A stretch of 64,000 nt of DNA from the NCBI RefSeq assembly GCF_000315625.1, contig NW_005434656.1, positions 293,741 to 357,740 of the forward strand, read 5' to 3'. A program made the position numbers and the translations under genes. A model generated the notes under the pieces. The model searched no databases and was not told the DNA's origin. It saw only the letters and a program-made list of their open reading frames with translations. This stretch comes from Guillardia theta CCMP2712 (taxonomy: Eukaryota > Protista > Cryptophyta). Positions 22,168 through 33,000 of this stretch are shown one piece after another; positions within the stretch are counted from its first letter, which is position 1; each line of letters starts with the position of its first letter.

Positions 22168-22223
22168 CCTAGTGTAAGGGTTGAAACTGATGCAGATGAA
22201 CGTAGATTGGTCCGTCATGTTCA
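22168..22223 (+). repeat. Distal half-copy of the 108-bp repeat (B-type variable segment)
   Basis: CCTAGTGTAAGGGTTGAA-ACTGATGCAGATG-AACGTAGATTGGTCCGTCATGTTCA matches 10727-10782 with two substitutions. Confidence 0.9.
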
Positions 22224-22907
22224 ACTTTCAAGGACATATAGGACACGGTTCCGACTTCAAACTGAAGCCTAAAAGTTCCCCCCGCCGCCGGCCGCGCGGC
22301 GCGCGCCGGCCGCGGCCCGACTCGCGACTCCGGCCTGAGTCTTTACTCAAAGTTAAGTTGGCCAGTCCGACGGTCCGACCGGTCACTCGCCCAGGGCGCC
22401 CGGCGCCGGGGACTCGACTGAGTCGGAGGGCCCGGCTTTAAGCCGGGCCGCGGCAGCCAAGTTAAGTGTGAAGGTGATGCCGATCAGTTAAGTTGGGGGA
22501 CAGCACTGCACAGTAAAAGGGCTCGTACTGTTTTTAACTTAAATTTGAGTAAAGTTTTAGTACAGTGATGCGACTTTGCCTAGTTTACATCTTTCGGAGG
22601 GCTCCAAGTTTTACGCCCCCAGGCGGGACGGTCGCATTTCAACTTTTTTGAAAAACAATAAAAACGAGCATAAAACAATCGACAGAAGGGGGACGTTTAA
22701 TACAGCTCAATAAATACCGGAAATCTGCATTAAACAAAGGTGATCGGGAAGCTCGCATGTGTGGAATGAATGTTGACTGAAACTGCGATTGACAATAAAG
22801 AATAGATAATGTCGATATTCTATTGGACATTTGTAGTAAGCAATAAAAAGTTCACATCCCCGCAACTTGTAGATTCCTCATTCCAGGGGAACGTGAGTAG
22901 AAGCGGC

Positions 22908-23771
22908 ATGGTACCGAGCTCTTGTTCACGGAGCGCTTGCTGTCCCCTCCTCGTCTCGAGCTTGCTTACTATCTCGTTCTTGATCTCGCCTGTCAGGGCT
23001 GAGCTGTCCATTGTGGGTGCAGGATGGGGGCGTACAGGGACGATGAGTCTGAAAGTGGCCCTGGACAAGTTGGGGTACAAGACCTACCATATGATCGAGA
23101 TCATCGAGCACAATTCCCATCATCTTGACCTGTGGATCGAACTTGCTGAGCTCCATTCCCAAGGCAAGCCTTACAAGCATGTCATCCACACCATCTTCGA
23201 GAACTACACCGCGGCTGTGGACTTTCCTGCTGCTGCGTGGTGGAAGGAGATTCTGGAGACCTTTCCGAATTCAAAGGTCATCCTCAGTACAAGAGACCCT
23301 GAAAGATGGTACAACTCTGCTAAGGAGACCATCTTTCAGGCGCTATGGCACCACAGGATCCTTGGGCTGTTTGTTCCTCTCTCGCGCAAGTTCACTGTCA
23401 TGGTGCCATCCCTGTGGGACAAGGTTCTGGGAAAAGGGAGGCGGCCGACAGACTCCAAGGAGGAGACGATCAAAGCATATCTCCAGGACGCGGAAAGATT
23501 CAGAAAGTTGAATCTGCCCAAGAGGAGGAAGTTGGAGATCGCAGTCGGCAAGGAAGGTTGGAAGCCTTTGTGCGATTTCCTAGAGATTTCGCCGGGGTCA
23601 TGTCCCACTGAGCCTTTCCCTCGGCTGAACGATCAGGCCGAGTTCAAGATGAGAGCTCTCCTCCCTTTGCGCACTGTTGCTGTCATGGTGCTGCTGTCTC
23701 CTGTCGGACTTGCCTGCCTTGTATGGTGCTTCTTCTTCAGGTCCAAAGGCAAGTCGGGCAAGAAGGAGTGA
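22908..23771 (+). CDS. Sulfotransferase-family (Sulfotransfer_4-like) protein with signal peptide and C-terminal TM helix
   Basis: IVGAGWGRTGTMSLKVALDKLGYKTYHM, AVDFPAA, KVILSTRDPERWYNS, EGWKPLCDFL, EPFPRLND; intronless. Confidence 0.85.
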   Translation: MVPSSCSRSACCPLLVSSLLTISFLISPVRAELSIVGAGWGRTGTMSLKVALDKLGYKTYHMIEIIEHNSHHLDLWIELAELHSQGKPYKHVIHTIFENYTAAVDFPAAAWWKEILETFPNSKVILSTRDPERWYNSAKETIFQALWHHRILGLFVPLSRKFTVMVPSLWDKVLGKGRRPTDSKEETIKAYLQDAERFRKLNLPKRRKLEIAVGKEGWKPLCDFLEISPGSCPTEPFPRLNDQAEFKMRALLPLRTVAVMVLLSPVGLACLVWCFFFRSKGKSGKKE

Positions 23772-23937
23772 ACTCACCAAGGTTTTTCATCTCCTAGTGC
23801 GTCTCAACGATCGAATGCATATGGGGAGCTTTATCGTTTTATGAGGAAAGAGATTTCTGTGAGAAAGGAGATGAGGTTAATTAAAGATGATCGAAAGAAC
23901 TTCCAGGGTTTTCTTCCTTAACTGACGTGACCCCTTC

Positions 23938-26504
23938 CTAGCACATGGCATGTCCAGTCGCTCTGGGGAAAGGGATGACGTCTCCTGCAGTGCATGGGGG
24001 AGTCAATCTCGATTCTTCCACATATGGTCTGGCTCACGTATGTTCTCCAGGCCCGTGGCAAACTGCACGAGGCGGTCAAAGCCCAGCCCATAACCTGGAG
24101 GGGCACGGTGAGACGCTCCCAACCTTGGGAGGGAGGGAGAGAGAGGGGGGGGGGGAGGGGGAGAGAGAGAGAGTCTGTCTGGTGAGAGAGAGCATGAGTC
24201 CTGGTCGAGATCGTCTCACCAGCATGCGGCACCCCCCCAAATCTTCGAAGGTCGTTGTACCACTCGAGCGATGAGCCGTCGAGGCCCAGCTCCTCTATGC
24301 GCCCGAGAAGTCGGTCGATCCGCTCCTCCCTCTGGCTTCCTCCCACCATCTCTCCACATCGCGGGAAGAGAATGTCCATGGCAGCCACCGTCTTGCAGCA
24401 GCTCGTCAGTGGGAAGCGAAGGCTTGCGAGGAGGAACCTACCTTGTCATCGTCGTTGAGCCGCATGTAAAATGCCTTAATGTCCATCGGATAGTCTGCAT
24501 CTCAGTCACAGAATGACATGCTGTGATTATATTCTTCACCATACACGATGACCGGCCCACCAAAATGCTCCTCACACAAGTATTTTTCGTGCTCGGTAGC
24601 AAGATCGTTCCCCCACTCGGCTGGCATTTCGAATTTTTTGCCACTCTGTCGAATCACCGTGAGCGATTCATCCTAGGAGGTTGTATGCCTTATTCACCCT
24701 CTGCAACAAGTCGATAGCATCGCCATACGCCAACCGAACGAAAGGTTTTTCTATGATGTCCCTTGATCATAGTTACATGTTCTAGTCACAACCTTGTGCA
24801 AAAAGTACCGGATCTGTCCAGTCAATGAGACGTTGGAGAATCCCTTCATGCCCTGAGCACGAAAAGTAAGCAGTCTCCTTGAATAACTCTCCTGCACCTT
24901 TTGGCATGCGTTGTCAAAAAAGTTCAGATCCTGCTCGTTCCTCTGGACATTCTTGATAAGGCTCATCGAGACTGAGGGTTGCATAACACTACCAGCATCA
25001 ACTCCTTCAGCACAAACTTCAGCAGGCCCTCAGCATTCTCCATTACGTCCTACAATGACGTGAGGTAAATCAAAGGAGAGGCACGAGATTTACTTGGAGG
25101 TTGGAGAAAGCCATTTCAGGCTCGATCATCCAAAATTCGGCAAGGTGCCTGAAAGTTGGAATCCATCATGAGCGCGATTGTTCCATATATGGTTGGTTGC
25201 CTCTTTGTATGTGATTCTTCAGCCCGAAAAGTTGGTCCAAAGGTGTACACATTTCCCAGGGCACAAGCATAGGCTTCTGCCTGAGAGCAATCAGAGTGGT
25301 TGAGGCGCATGCAAACTGTGATACCTGAAGCTGACCAGATACCGTCAAGAACGTTGGCCTCTTGAAGAAATCTTGATTGTAATCCCAGGATCGATTTTCA
25401 GGGGTGTAACATGTGTCTGCCTGCATGCAGCCGCTTAGCGCCTTGTCCACTCATAACGAAGGAAATTCAGTCGACCCACCTTAGACATCAAAGTAGATAC
25501 AGAGAAGAGCTCTCCTGCATTGCAACCACCAGGTCACAGACACTCCGATGAATGTCAAACCCCACCAGCTCCTTCACAATTTGATGTTGTGATCAACGGC
25601 GTGTGCTGCCATCAGGACTTGTCAACTTGGTCGTCGTTCCAACACAACTCGGCTCACCACATATTGGAACCCGTGCTCCTGAAAGTATTTATGCACAGAG
25701 AAAGCCAGAGTGCTGCAAGAGAAATTGGTTCATCACTGGCTCATCTCAAACAAATTAGCTGCCATCAACCTGCGGATCCTCGAAGCAGCTCCGTAGGTGT
25801 TGGATCGAGGTCGGAGATGTGGGATCGTACGAAGGAAGTCGAGGGGCAGCCTGGCCTGTTGCAGCCTCCTTCAGCCCGGACAGACGCACAGAGGAAGCTG
25901 CTACCTTTGCTAGTGGATAGGAGTCAGGAGAGCAGCTACCCAGCAGCTGAAGCCCTTCTGCCTGTACCTCAACACTCTGGCCGCTACCGGGGCTTTCGAC
26001 GAGTTTCCCTGTCACTCTCCAGGAAGTGTGCGCGTGAGTGTTCTTGACGAGCTCTTGCCATCCTTCAGTATTTGGGTCGGCAAACACCTGAAGGCTCTTG
26101 AAGCAAGATCCGTCGTTGAGCTCCAGGAATGCGAATTTGCCCGACCCTTGCAAACGGATTGTCCTGGCCCAGCCACAAACAACAAGACGAGTGCCGATAA
26201 GGAGAGATTCACTCGCGAAAACGTCCTTGATGAGGAATCTCTGCATGAAACCTCGGGGAACTGGAGGCGAGGAACCAGAATCTCCCCCTGCTCGCACTGA
26301 TCCGTCCTCACCACCCCTGAGGCGTAGACTTCCAACCTTGGCATTGTAGGGACTGGAAGGGTTCAGAAAGAGAGCATGACCAGTGGAGGTAGGAGAGACA
26401 GACGAGCAGACACGAGTGAAGGAGAGACAGACGTACAACAAGGGCAGGACAAGGAGGAAGCAAGCATGCGTCGCAGTTCCCATCGTTCCGCCCCTGGAGT
26501 GCAT
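23938..26504 (-). CDS. asnS: Asparaginyl-tRNA synthetase, organelle-targeted type, multi-exon
   Basis: [17 protein letters not shown] (OB fold), [71 protein letters not shown]-terminal [10 protein letters not shown]; N-terminal hydrophobic signal. Confidence 0.92.
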
Positions 26505-27056
26505 GCTGCGCTTTTCGGGCCTGCCTCAGGTGGCCGCCCGGGCTCCGGAGATTCGCCCCTGCCCGGCCGGGCCCGGCACGGCTCAGTTCGGAACTTGCCG
26601 CTGCCGCAGTGCCTGAGTACGGTGATTGTCTTCCGGGAATGATTTCACTTCTGAACCCCTTCTTTACTCAAAGTCTGAACAGTCTTGACAGTGTCAGGTA
26701 CAAGCCTTCTCGACTCTCCTGATTGTCCTCGTTCAGTTGCTAATTGAAGCCTTTGAAGCTCTATTATTTATTTCGTAGTCGCCCCATTGATGCTGCATGA
26801 CAGTCTACGAACAGAACTCCGTAGATGATCCGTACTGAAGTTACGAATCTGATCCAAGAAGTTTGCCACCCCCTCCTTGAGAGATCGCTTCCTCGTTCCC
26901 TTCCTCTCGCCTCTCTCCTGCCATTCACCTTGCATCTCATCAGGCAGGCAAGCCTCTGCTTGAATCCTCATTGCACCAGTGGTCGCAGATTTTTCTCCTT
27001 CCGAGCAAGCTGCTGCTGGATTGAAGCAAGCTTCAGTTGCTCCTGCTCTGTGTTAC

Positions 27057-30000
27057 CTACATGATATTGTCTGGGAGAGTCTCAGACTCGCATGCTGTGA
27101 TCTCCCCATGAGCCAGGACTGTCAACGTGGTTTCCTCCTCCTTGAACAGTGATTGCTCCGCATCTTCTTCTCCTCTGTACTGCTGTAACTCGTGGACGTC
27201 GTTAGGCGTCTCGTTCTGGTTGTAATACAATCCTCGGCCCTCACTGTCTTTGTACTCCTTCCAGCTGACCAGATTGCGGGCGCTTGTTGCCTTGTAAAAC
27301 TCGCCCTGGCTGTGATCATGAGCTCTCATGCCCGGCAGAGGGATAGAGAAGGCGCTCGTCATGGTGACGTCATCATCCGAGACGATCTTGAGGCAATGAT
27401 CAAAGCCCAAGTGTGACGTTGTCTGAAGGAGCTCTGTGTTCTGTGTAGAGAAGGGCAACGCCATGTCCGGGTCGAGCTGACGTAGAGACGACGTCTGGTC
27501 ATCCTGACTTGTCCGTTGCTGAGTTTGGTTGAAAAGCGAGAAGTGGCGAAAACCAAATACCCCCAGCCCGAACGTGAGCAATGAGAGTGAGGCAGCAAAG
27601 ATCATGCCATCTGTCAGCATTCTTTGAGATTTCTCTGGAGTCGTTGAAGCAGAAATTATCATGATCAGTGATGTGTCATTGAACGAGGCCATGGCTGTCC
27701 CGTTCAACGAGGCAATCGCAGTCCCGTTCGACGTAGCAAAAGCTGTTGAGGAATTGTACTCAATAGATGCATTGGGAATTGGAAGATGAGATGACGTCCG
27801 GGTAACAACACAAGATGATAAGTTTGAATCTGGAAACGAGCCTGTAGGACACGCCGTACACGAAGTCGAGCCCGCGCTGCCCTGCACATACCCTGCTGGA
27901 CACTCCATACACTGAGACGACCCGGTCGTGTTCTGATAGGCGCAAAGTCAGCAAGCAGCAAGCTAGCAGGTGGCAGACGCCTTGCTTTGACCTGATACGA
28001 GCCTGCAGGACACGCCGTACACGAAGTCGAGCCCGCGCTGCCCTGCACATACCCTGCTGGACACTCCATACACTGAGACGACCCGGTCGTGTTCTGATAG
28101 GCGCAAAGTCAGCAAGCAGCAAGCTAGCAGGTGGCAGACGCCTTGCTTTGACCTGATACGAGCCTGCAGGACACGCCGTACACGAAGTCGAGCCCGCGCT
28201 GCCCTGCACATACCCTGCTGGACACTCCATACACTGAGACGACCCGGTCGTGTTCTGATAGGCGCATAGTCAGCAAGCAGCAAGCTAGCAGGTGGCAGAC
28301 GCCTTGCTTTGACCTGATACGAGCCTGCAGGACACGCCGTACACGAAGTCGAGCCCGCGCTGCCCTGCACATACCCTGCTGGACACTCCATACACTGAGA
28401 CGACCCGGTCGTGTTCTGATAGGCGCAAAGTCAGCAAGCAGCAAGCTAGCAGGTGGCAGACGCCTTGCTTTGACCTGATACGAGCCTGCAGGACACGCCG
28501 TACACGAAGTCGAGCCCGCGCTGCCCTGCACATACCCTGCTGGACACTCCATACACTGAGACGACCCGGTCGTGTTCTGATAGGCGCAAAGTCAGCAAGC
28601 AGCAAGCTAGCAGGTGGCAGACGCCTTGCTTTGACCTGATACGAGCCTGCAGGACACGCCGTACACGAAGTCGAGCCCGCGCTGCCCTGCACATACCCTG
28701 CTGGACACTCCATACACTGAGACGACCCGGTCGTGTTCTGATAGGCGCAAAGTCAGCAAGCAGCAAGCTAGCAGGTGGCAGACGCCTTGCTTTGACCTGA
28801 TACGAGCCTGCAGGACACGCCGTACACGAAGTCGAGCCCGCGCTGCCCTGCACATACCCTGCTGGACACTCCATACACTGAGACGACCCGGTCGTGTTCT
28901 GATAGGCGCAAAGTCAGCAAGCAGCAAGCTAGCAGGTGGCAGACGCCTTGCTTTGACCTGATACGAGCCTGCAGGACACGCCGTACACGAAAGTCGAGCC
29001 CGCGCTGCCCTGCACATACCCTGCTGGACACTCCATACACTGAGACGACCCGGTCGTGTTCTGATAGGGCGCAAAGTCAGCAAGCAGCAAGCTAGCAGGT
29101 GGCAGACGCCTTGCTTTGACCTGATACGAGCCTGCAGGACACGCCCGTACACGAAGTCGAGCCCGCGCTGCCCTGCACATACCCTGCTGGACACTCCATA
29201 CACTGAGACGACCCGGTCGCGTTCTGATAGGCGCCCCAAAGTTCGGTGGTTTTCAGCAAAAGGGCAGCCAAAAAGCTAAAGCAAAGGTGGCAGACGCCTT
29301 GCTTTGGGTGGCAGACCGCCCTGTGATACGAGCCTGCAAGGAACACCTGCCGGGCCACGCCGTACACGAAGTCGAGCCCGCGCTGCCCTGCACATACCCC
29401 TGCTGGACACTCCATACACTGAGACGACCCGGTCGTGTTCTGATAGGCGCAAAGTCAGCAAGCAGCAAGCTAGCAGGTGGCAGACGCCTTGCTTTGACCT
29501 GATACGAGCCTGCAGGACACGCCGTACACGAAGTCGAGCCCGCGCTGCCCTGCACATACCCTGCTGGACACTCCATACACTGAGACGACCCGGTCGTGTT
29601 CTGATAGGCGCAAAGTCAGCAAGCAGCAAGCTAGCAGGTGGCAGACGCCTTGCTTTGACCTGATACGAGCCTGCAGGACACGCCGTACACGAAGTCGAGC
29701 CCGCGCTGCCCTGCACATACCCTGCTGGACACTCCATACACTGAGACGACCCGGTCGTGTTCTGATAGGCGCAAAGTCAGCAAGCAGCAAGCTAGCAGGT
29801 GGCAGACGCCTTGCTTTGACCTGATACGAGCCTGCAGGACACGCCGTACACGAAGTCGAGCCCGCGCTGCCCTGCACATACCCTGCTGGACACTCCATAC
29901 ACTGAGACGACCCGGTCGTGTTCTGATAGGCGCAAAGTCAGCAAGCAGCAAGCTAGCAGGTGGCAGACGCCTTGCTTTGACCTGATACGAGCCTGCAGGA

Positions 30001-33000
30001 CACGCCGTACACGAAGTCGAGCCCGCGCTGCCCTGCACATACCCTGCTGGACACTCCATACACTGAGACGACCCGGTCGTGTTCTGATAGGCGCATAGTC
30101 AGCAAGCAGCAAGCTAGCAGGTGGCAGACGCCTTGCTTTGACCTGATACGAGCCTGCAGGACACGCCGTACACGAAGTCGAGCCCGCGCTGCCCTGCACA
30201 TACCCTGCTGGACACTCCATACACTGAGACGACCCGGTCGTGTTCTGATAGGCGCAAAGTCAGCAAGCAGCAAGCTAGCAGGTGGCAGACGCCTTGCTTT
30301 GACCTGATACGAGCCTGCAGGACACGCCGTACACGAAGTCGAGCCCGCGCTGCCCTGCACATACCCTGCTGGACACTCCATACACTGAGACGACCCGGTC
30401 GTGTTCTGATAGGCGCAAAGTCAGCAAGCAGCAAGCTAGCAGGTGGCAGACGCCTTGCTTTGACCTGATACGAGCCTGCAGGACACGCCGTACACGAAGT
30501 CGAGCCCGCGCTGCCCTGCACATACCCTGCTGGACACTCCATACACTGAGACGACCCGGTCGTGTTCTGATAGGCGCAAAGTCAGCAAGCAGCAAGCTAG
30601 CAGGTGGCAGACGCCTTGCTTTGACCTGATACGAGCCTGCAGGACACGCCGTACACGAAGTCGAGCCCGCGCTGCCCTGCACATACCCCTGCTGGACACT
30701 TCCATACACTGAGACGACCCGGTCGTGTTCTGATAGGCGAAAAGTCAGCAAGCAGCAAGCTAGCAGGTGGCAGACGCCTTGCTTTGACCTGATACGAGCC
30801 TGCAGGACACGCCGTACACGAAGTCGAGCCCGCGCTGCCCTGCACATACCCTGCTGGACACTCCATACACTGAGACGACCCGGTCGTGTTCTGATAGGCG
30901 CAAAGTCAGCAAGCAGCAAGCTAGCAGGTGGCAGACGCCTTGCTTTGACCTGATACGAGCCTGCAGGACACGCCGTACACGAAGTCGAGCCCGCGCTGCC
31001 CTGCACATACCCTGCTGGACACTCCATACACTGAGACGACCCGGTCGTGTTCTGATAGGCGCAAAGTCAGCAAGCAGCAAGCTAGCAGGTGGCAGACGCC
31101 TTGCTTTGACCTGATACGAGCCTGCAGGACACGCCGTACACGAAGTCGAGCCCGCGCTGCCCTGCACATACCCTGCTGGACACTCCATACACTGAGACGA
31201 CCCGGTCGTGTTCTGATAGGCGCAAAGTCAGCAAGCAGCAAGCTAGCAGGTGGCAGACGCCTTGCTTTGACCTGATACGAGCCTGCAGGACACGCCGTAC
31301 ACGAAGTCGAGCCCGCGCTGCCCTGCACATACCCTGCTGGACACTCCATACACTGAGACGACCCGGTCGTGTTCTGATAGGCGCAAAGTCAGCAAGCAGC
31401 AAGCTAGCAGGTGGCAGACGCCTTGCTTTGACCTGATACGAGCCTGCAGGACACGCCGTACACGAAGTCGAGCCCGCGCTGCCCTGCACATACCCTGCTG
31501 GACACTCCATACACTGAGACGACCCGGTCGTGTTCTGATAGGCGCAAAGTCAGCAAGCAGCAAGCTAGCAGGTGGCAGACGCCTTGCTTTGACCTGATAC
31601 GAGCCTGCAGGACACGCCGTACACGAAGTCGAGCCCGCGCTGCCCTGCACATACCCTGCTGGACACTCCATACACTGAGACGACCCGGTCGTGTTCTGAT
31701 AGGCGCAAAGTCAGCAAGCAGCAAGCTAGCAGGTGGCAGACGCCTTGCTTTGACCTGATACGAGCCTGCAGGACACGCCGTACACGAAGTCGAGCCCGCG
31801 CTGCCCTGCACATACCCTGCTGGACACTCCATACACTGAGACGACCCGGTCGTGTTCTGATAGGCGCAAAGTCAGCAAGCAGCAAGCTAGCAGGTGGCAG
31901 ACGCCTTGCTTTGACCTGATACGAGCCTGCAGGACACGCCGTACACGAAGTCGAGCCCGCGCTGCCCTGCACATACCCTGCTGGACACTCCATACACTGA
32001 GACGACCCGGTCGTGTTCTGATAGGCGCAAAGTCAGCAAGCAGCAAGCTAGCAGGTGGCAGACGCCTTGCTTTGACCTGATACGAGCCTGCAGGACACGC
32101 CGTACACGAAGTCGAGCCCGCGCTGCCCTGCACATACCCTGCTGGACACTCCATACACTGAGACGACCCGGTCGTGTTCTGATAGGCGCAAAGTCAGCAA
32201 GCAGCAAGCTAGCAGGTGGCAGACGCCTTGCTTTGACCTGATACGAGCCTGCAGGACACGCCGTACACGAAGTCGAGCCCGCGCTGCCCTGCACATACCC
32301 TGCTGGACACTCCATACACTGAGACGACCCGGTCGTGTTCTGATAGGCGCAAAGTCAGCAAGCAGCAAGCTAGCAGGTGGCAGACGCCTTGCTTTGACCT
32401 GATACGAGCCTGCAGGACACGCCGTACACGAAGTCGAGCCCGCGCTGCCCTGCACATACCCTGCTGGACACTCCATACACTGAGACGACCCGGTCGTGTT
32501 CTGATAGGCGCAAAGTCAGCAAGCAGCAAGCTAGCAGGTGGCAGACGCCTTGCTTTGACCTGATACGAGCCTGCAGGACACGCCGTACACGAAGTCGAGC
32601 CCGCGCTGCCCTGCACATACCCTGCTGGACACTCCATACACTGAGACGACCCGGTCGTGTTCTGATAGGCGCAAAGTCAGCAAGCAGCAAGCTAGCAGGT
32701 GGCAGACGCCTTGCTTTGACCTGATACGAGCCTGCAGGACACGCCGTACACGAAGTCGAGCCCGCGCTGCCCTGCACATACCCTGCTGGACACTCCATAC
32801 ACTGAGACGACCCGGTCGTGTTCTGATAGGCGCAAAGTCAGCAAGCAGCAAGCTAGCAGTGGCAGACGCCTTGCTTTGACCTGATACGAGCCTGCAGGAC
32901 ACGCCGTACACGAAGTCGAGCCCGCGCTGCCCTGCACATACCCTGCTGGACACTCCATACACTGAGACGACCCGGTCGTGTTCTGATAGGCGCAAAGTCA

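Larger units (their letters stand above)
10954..22179. mobile_element. ~11.2 kb inserted virus-like/transposable element (DDE transposase plus herpes/mirusvirus-like genes) bounded by the 12-bp direct repeat CCTAGTGTAAGG
   Basis: CCTAGTGTAAGG at 10942-10953 and 22168-22179; the interrupted 108-bp unit resumes at 22180-22223. Interior is tightly packed, AT-richer and nearly intronless, unlike the host genes. Confidence 0.75.

Noticed and set aside
29220-29360. Divergent units here, at ~34960-35230 and at ~38278-38303 as real variant exons or insertions
   Set aside because: Clustered indels and homopolymer expansions look like consensus noise in a long tandem array; cannot be supported without reads.
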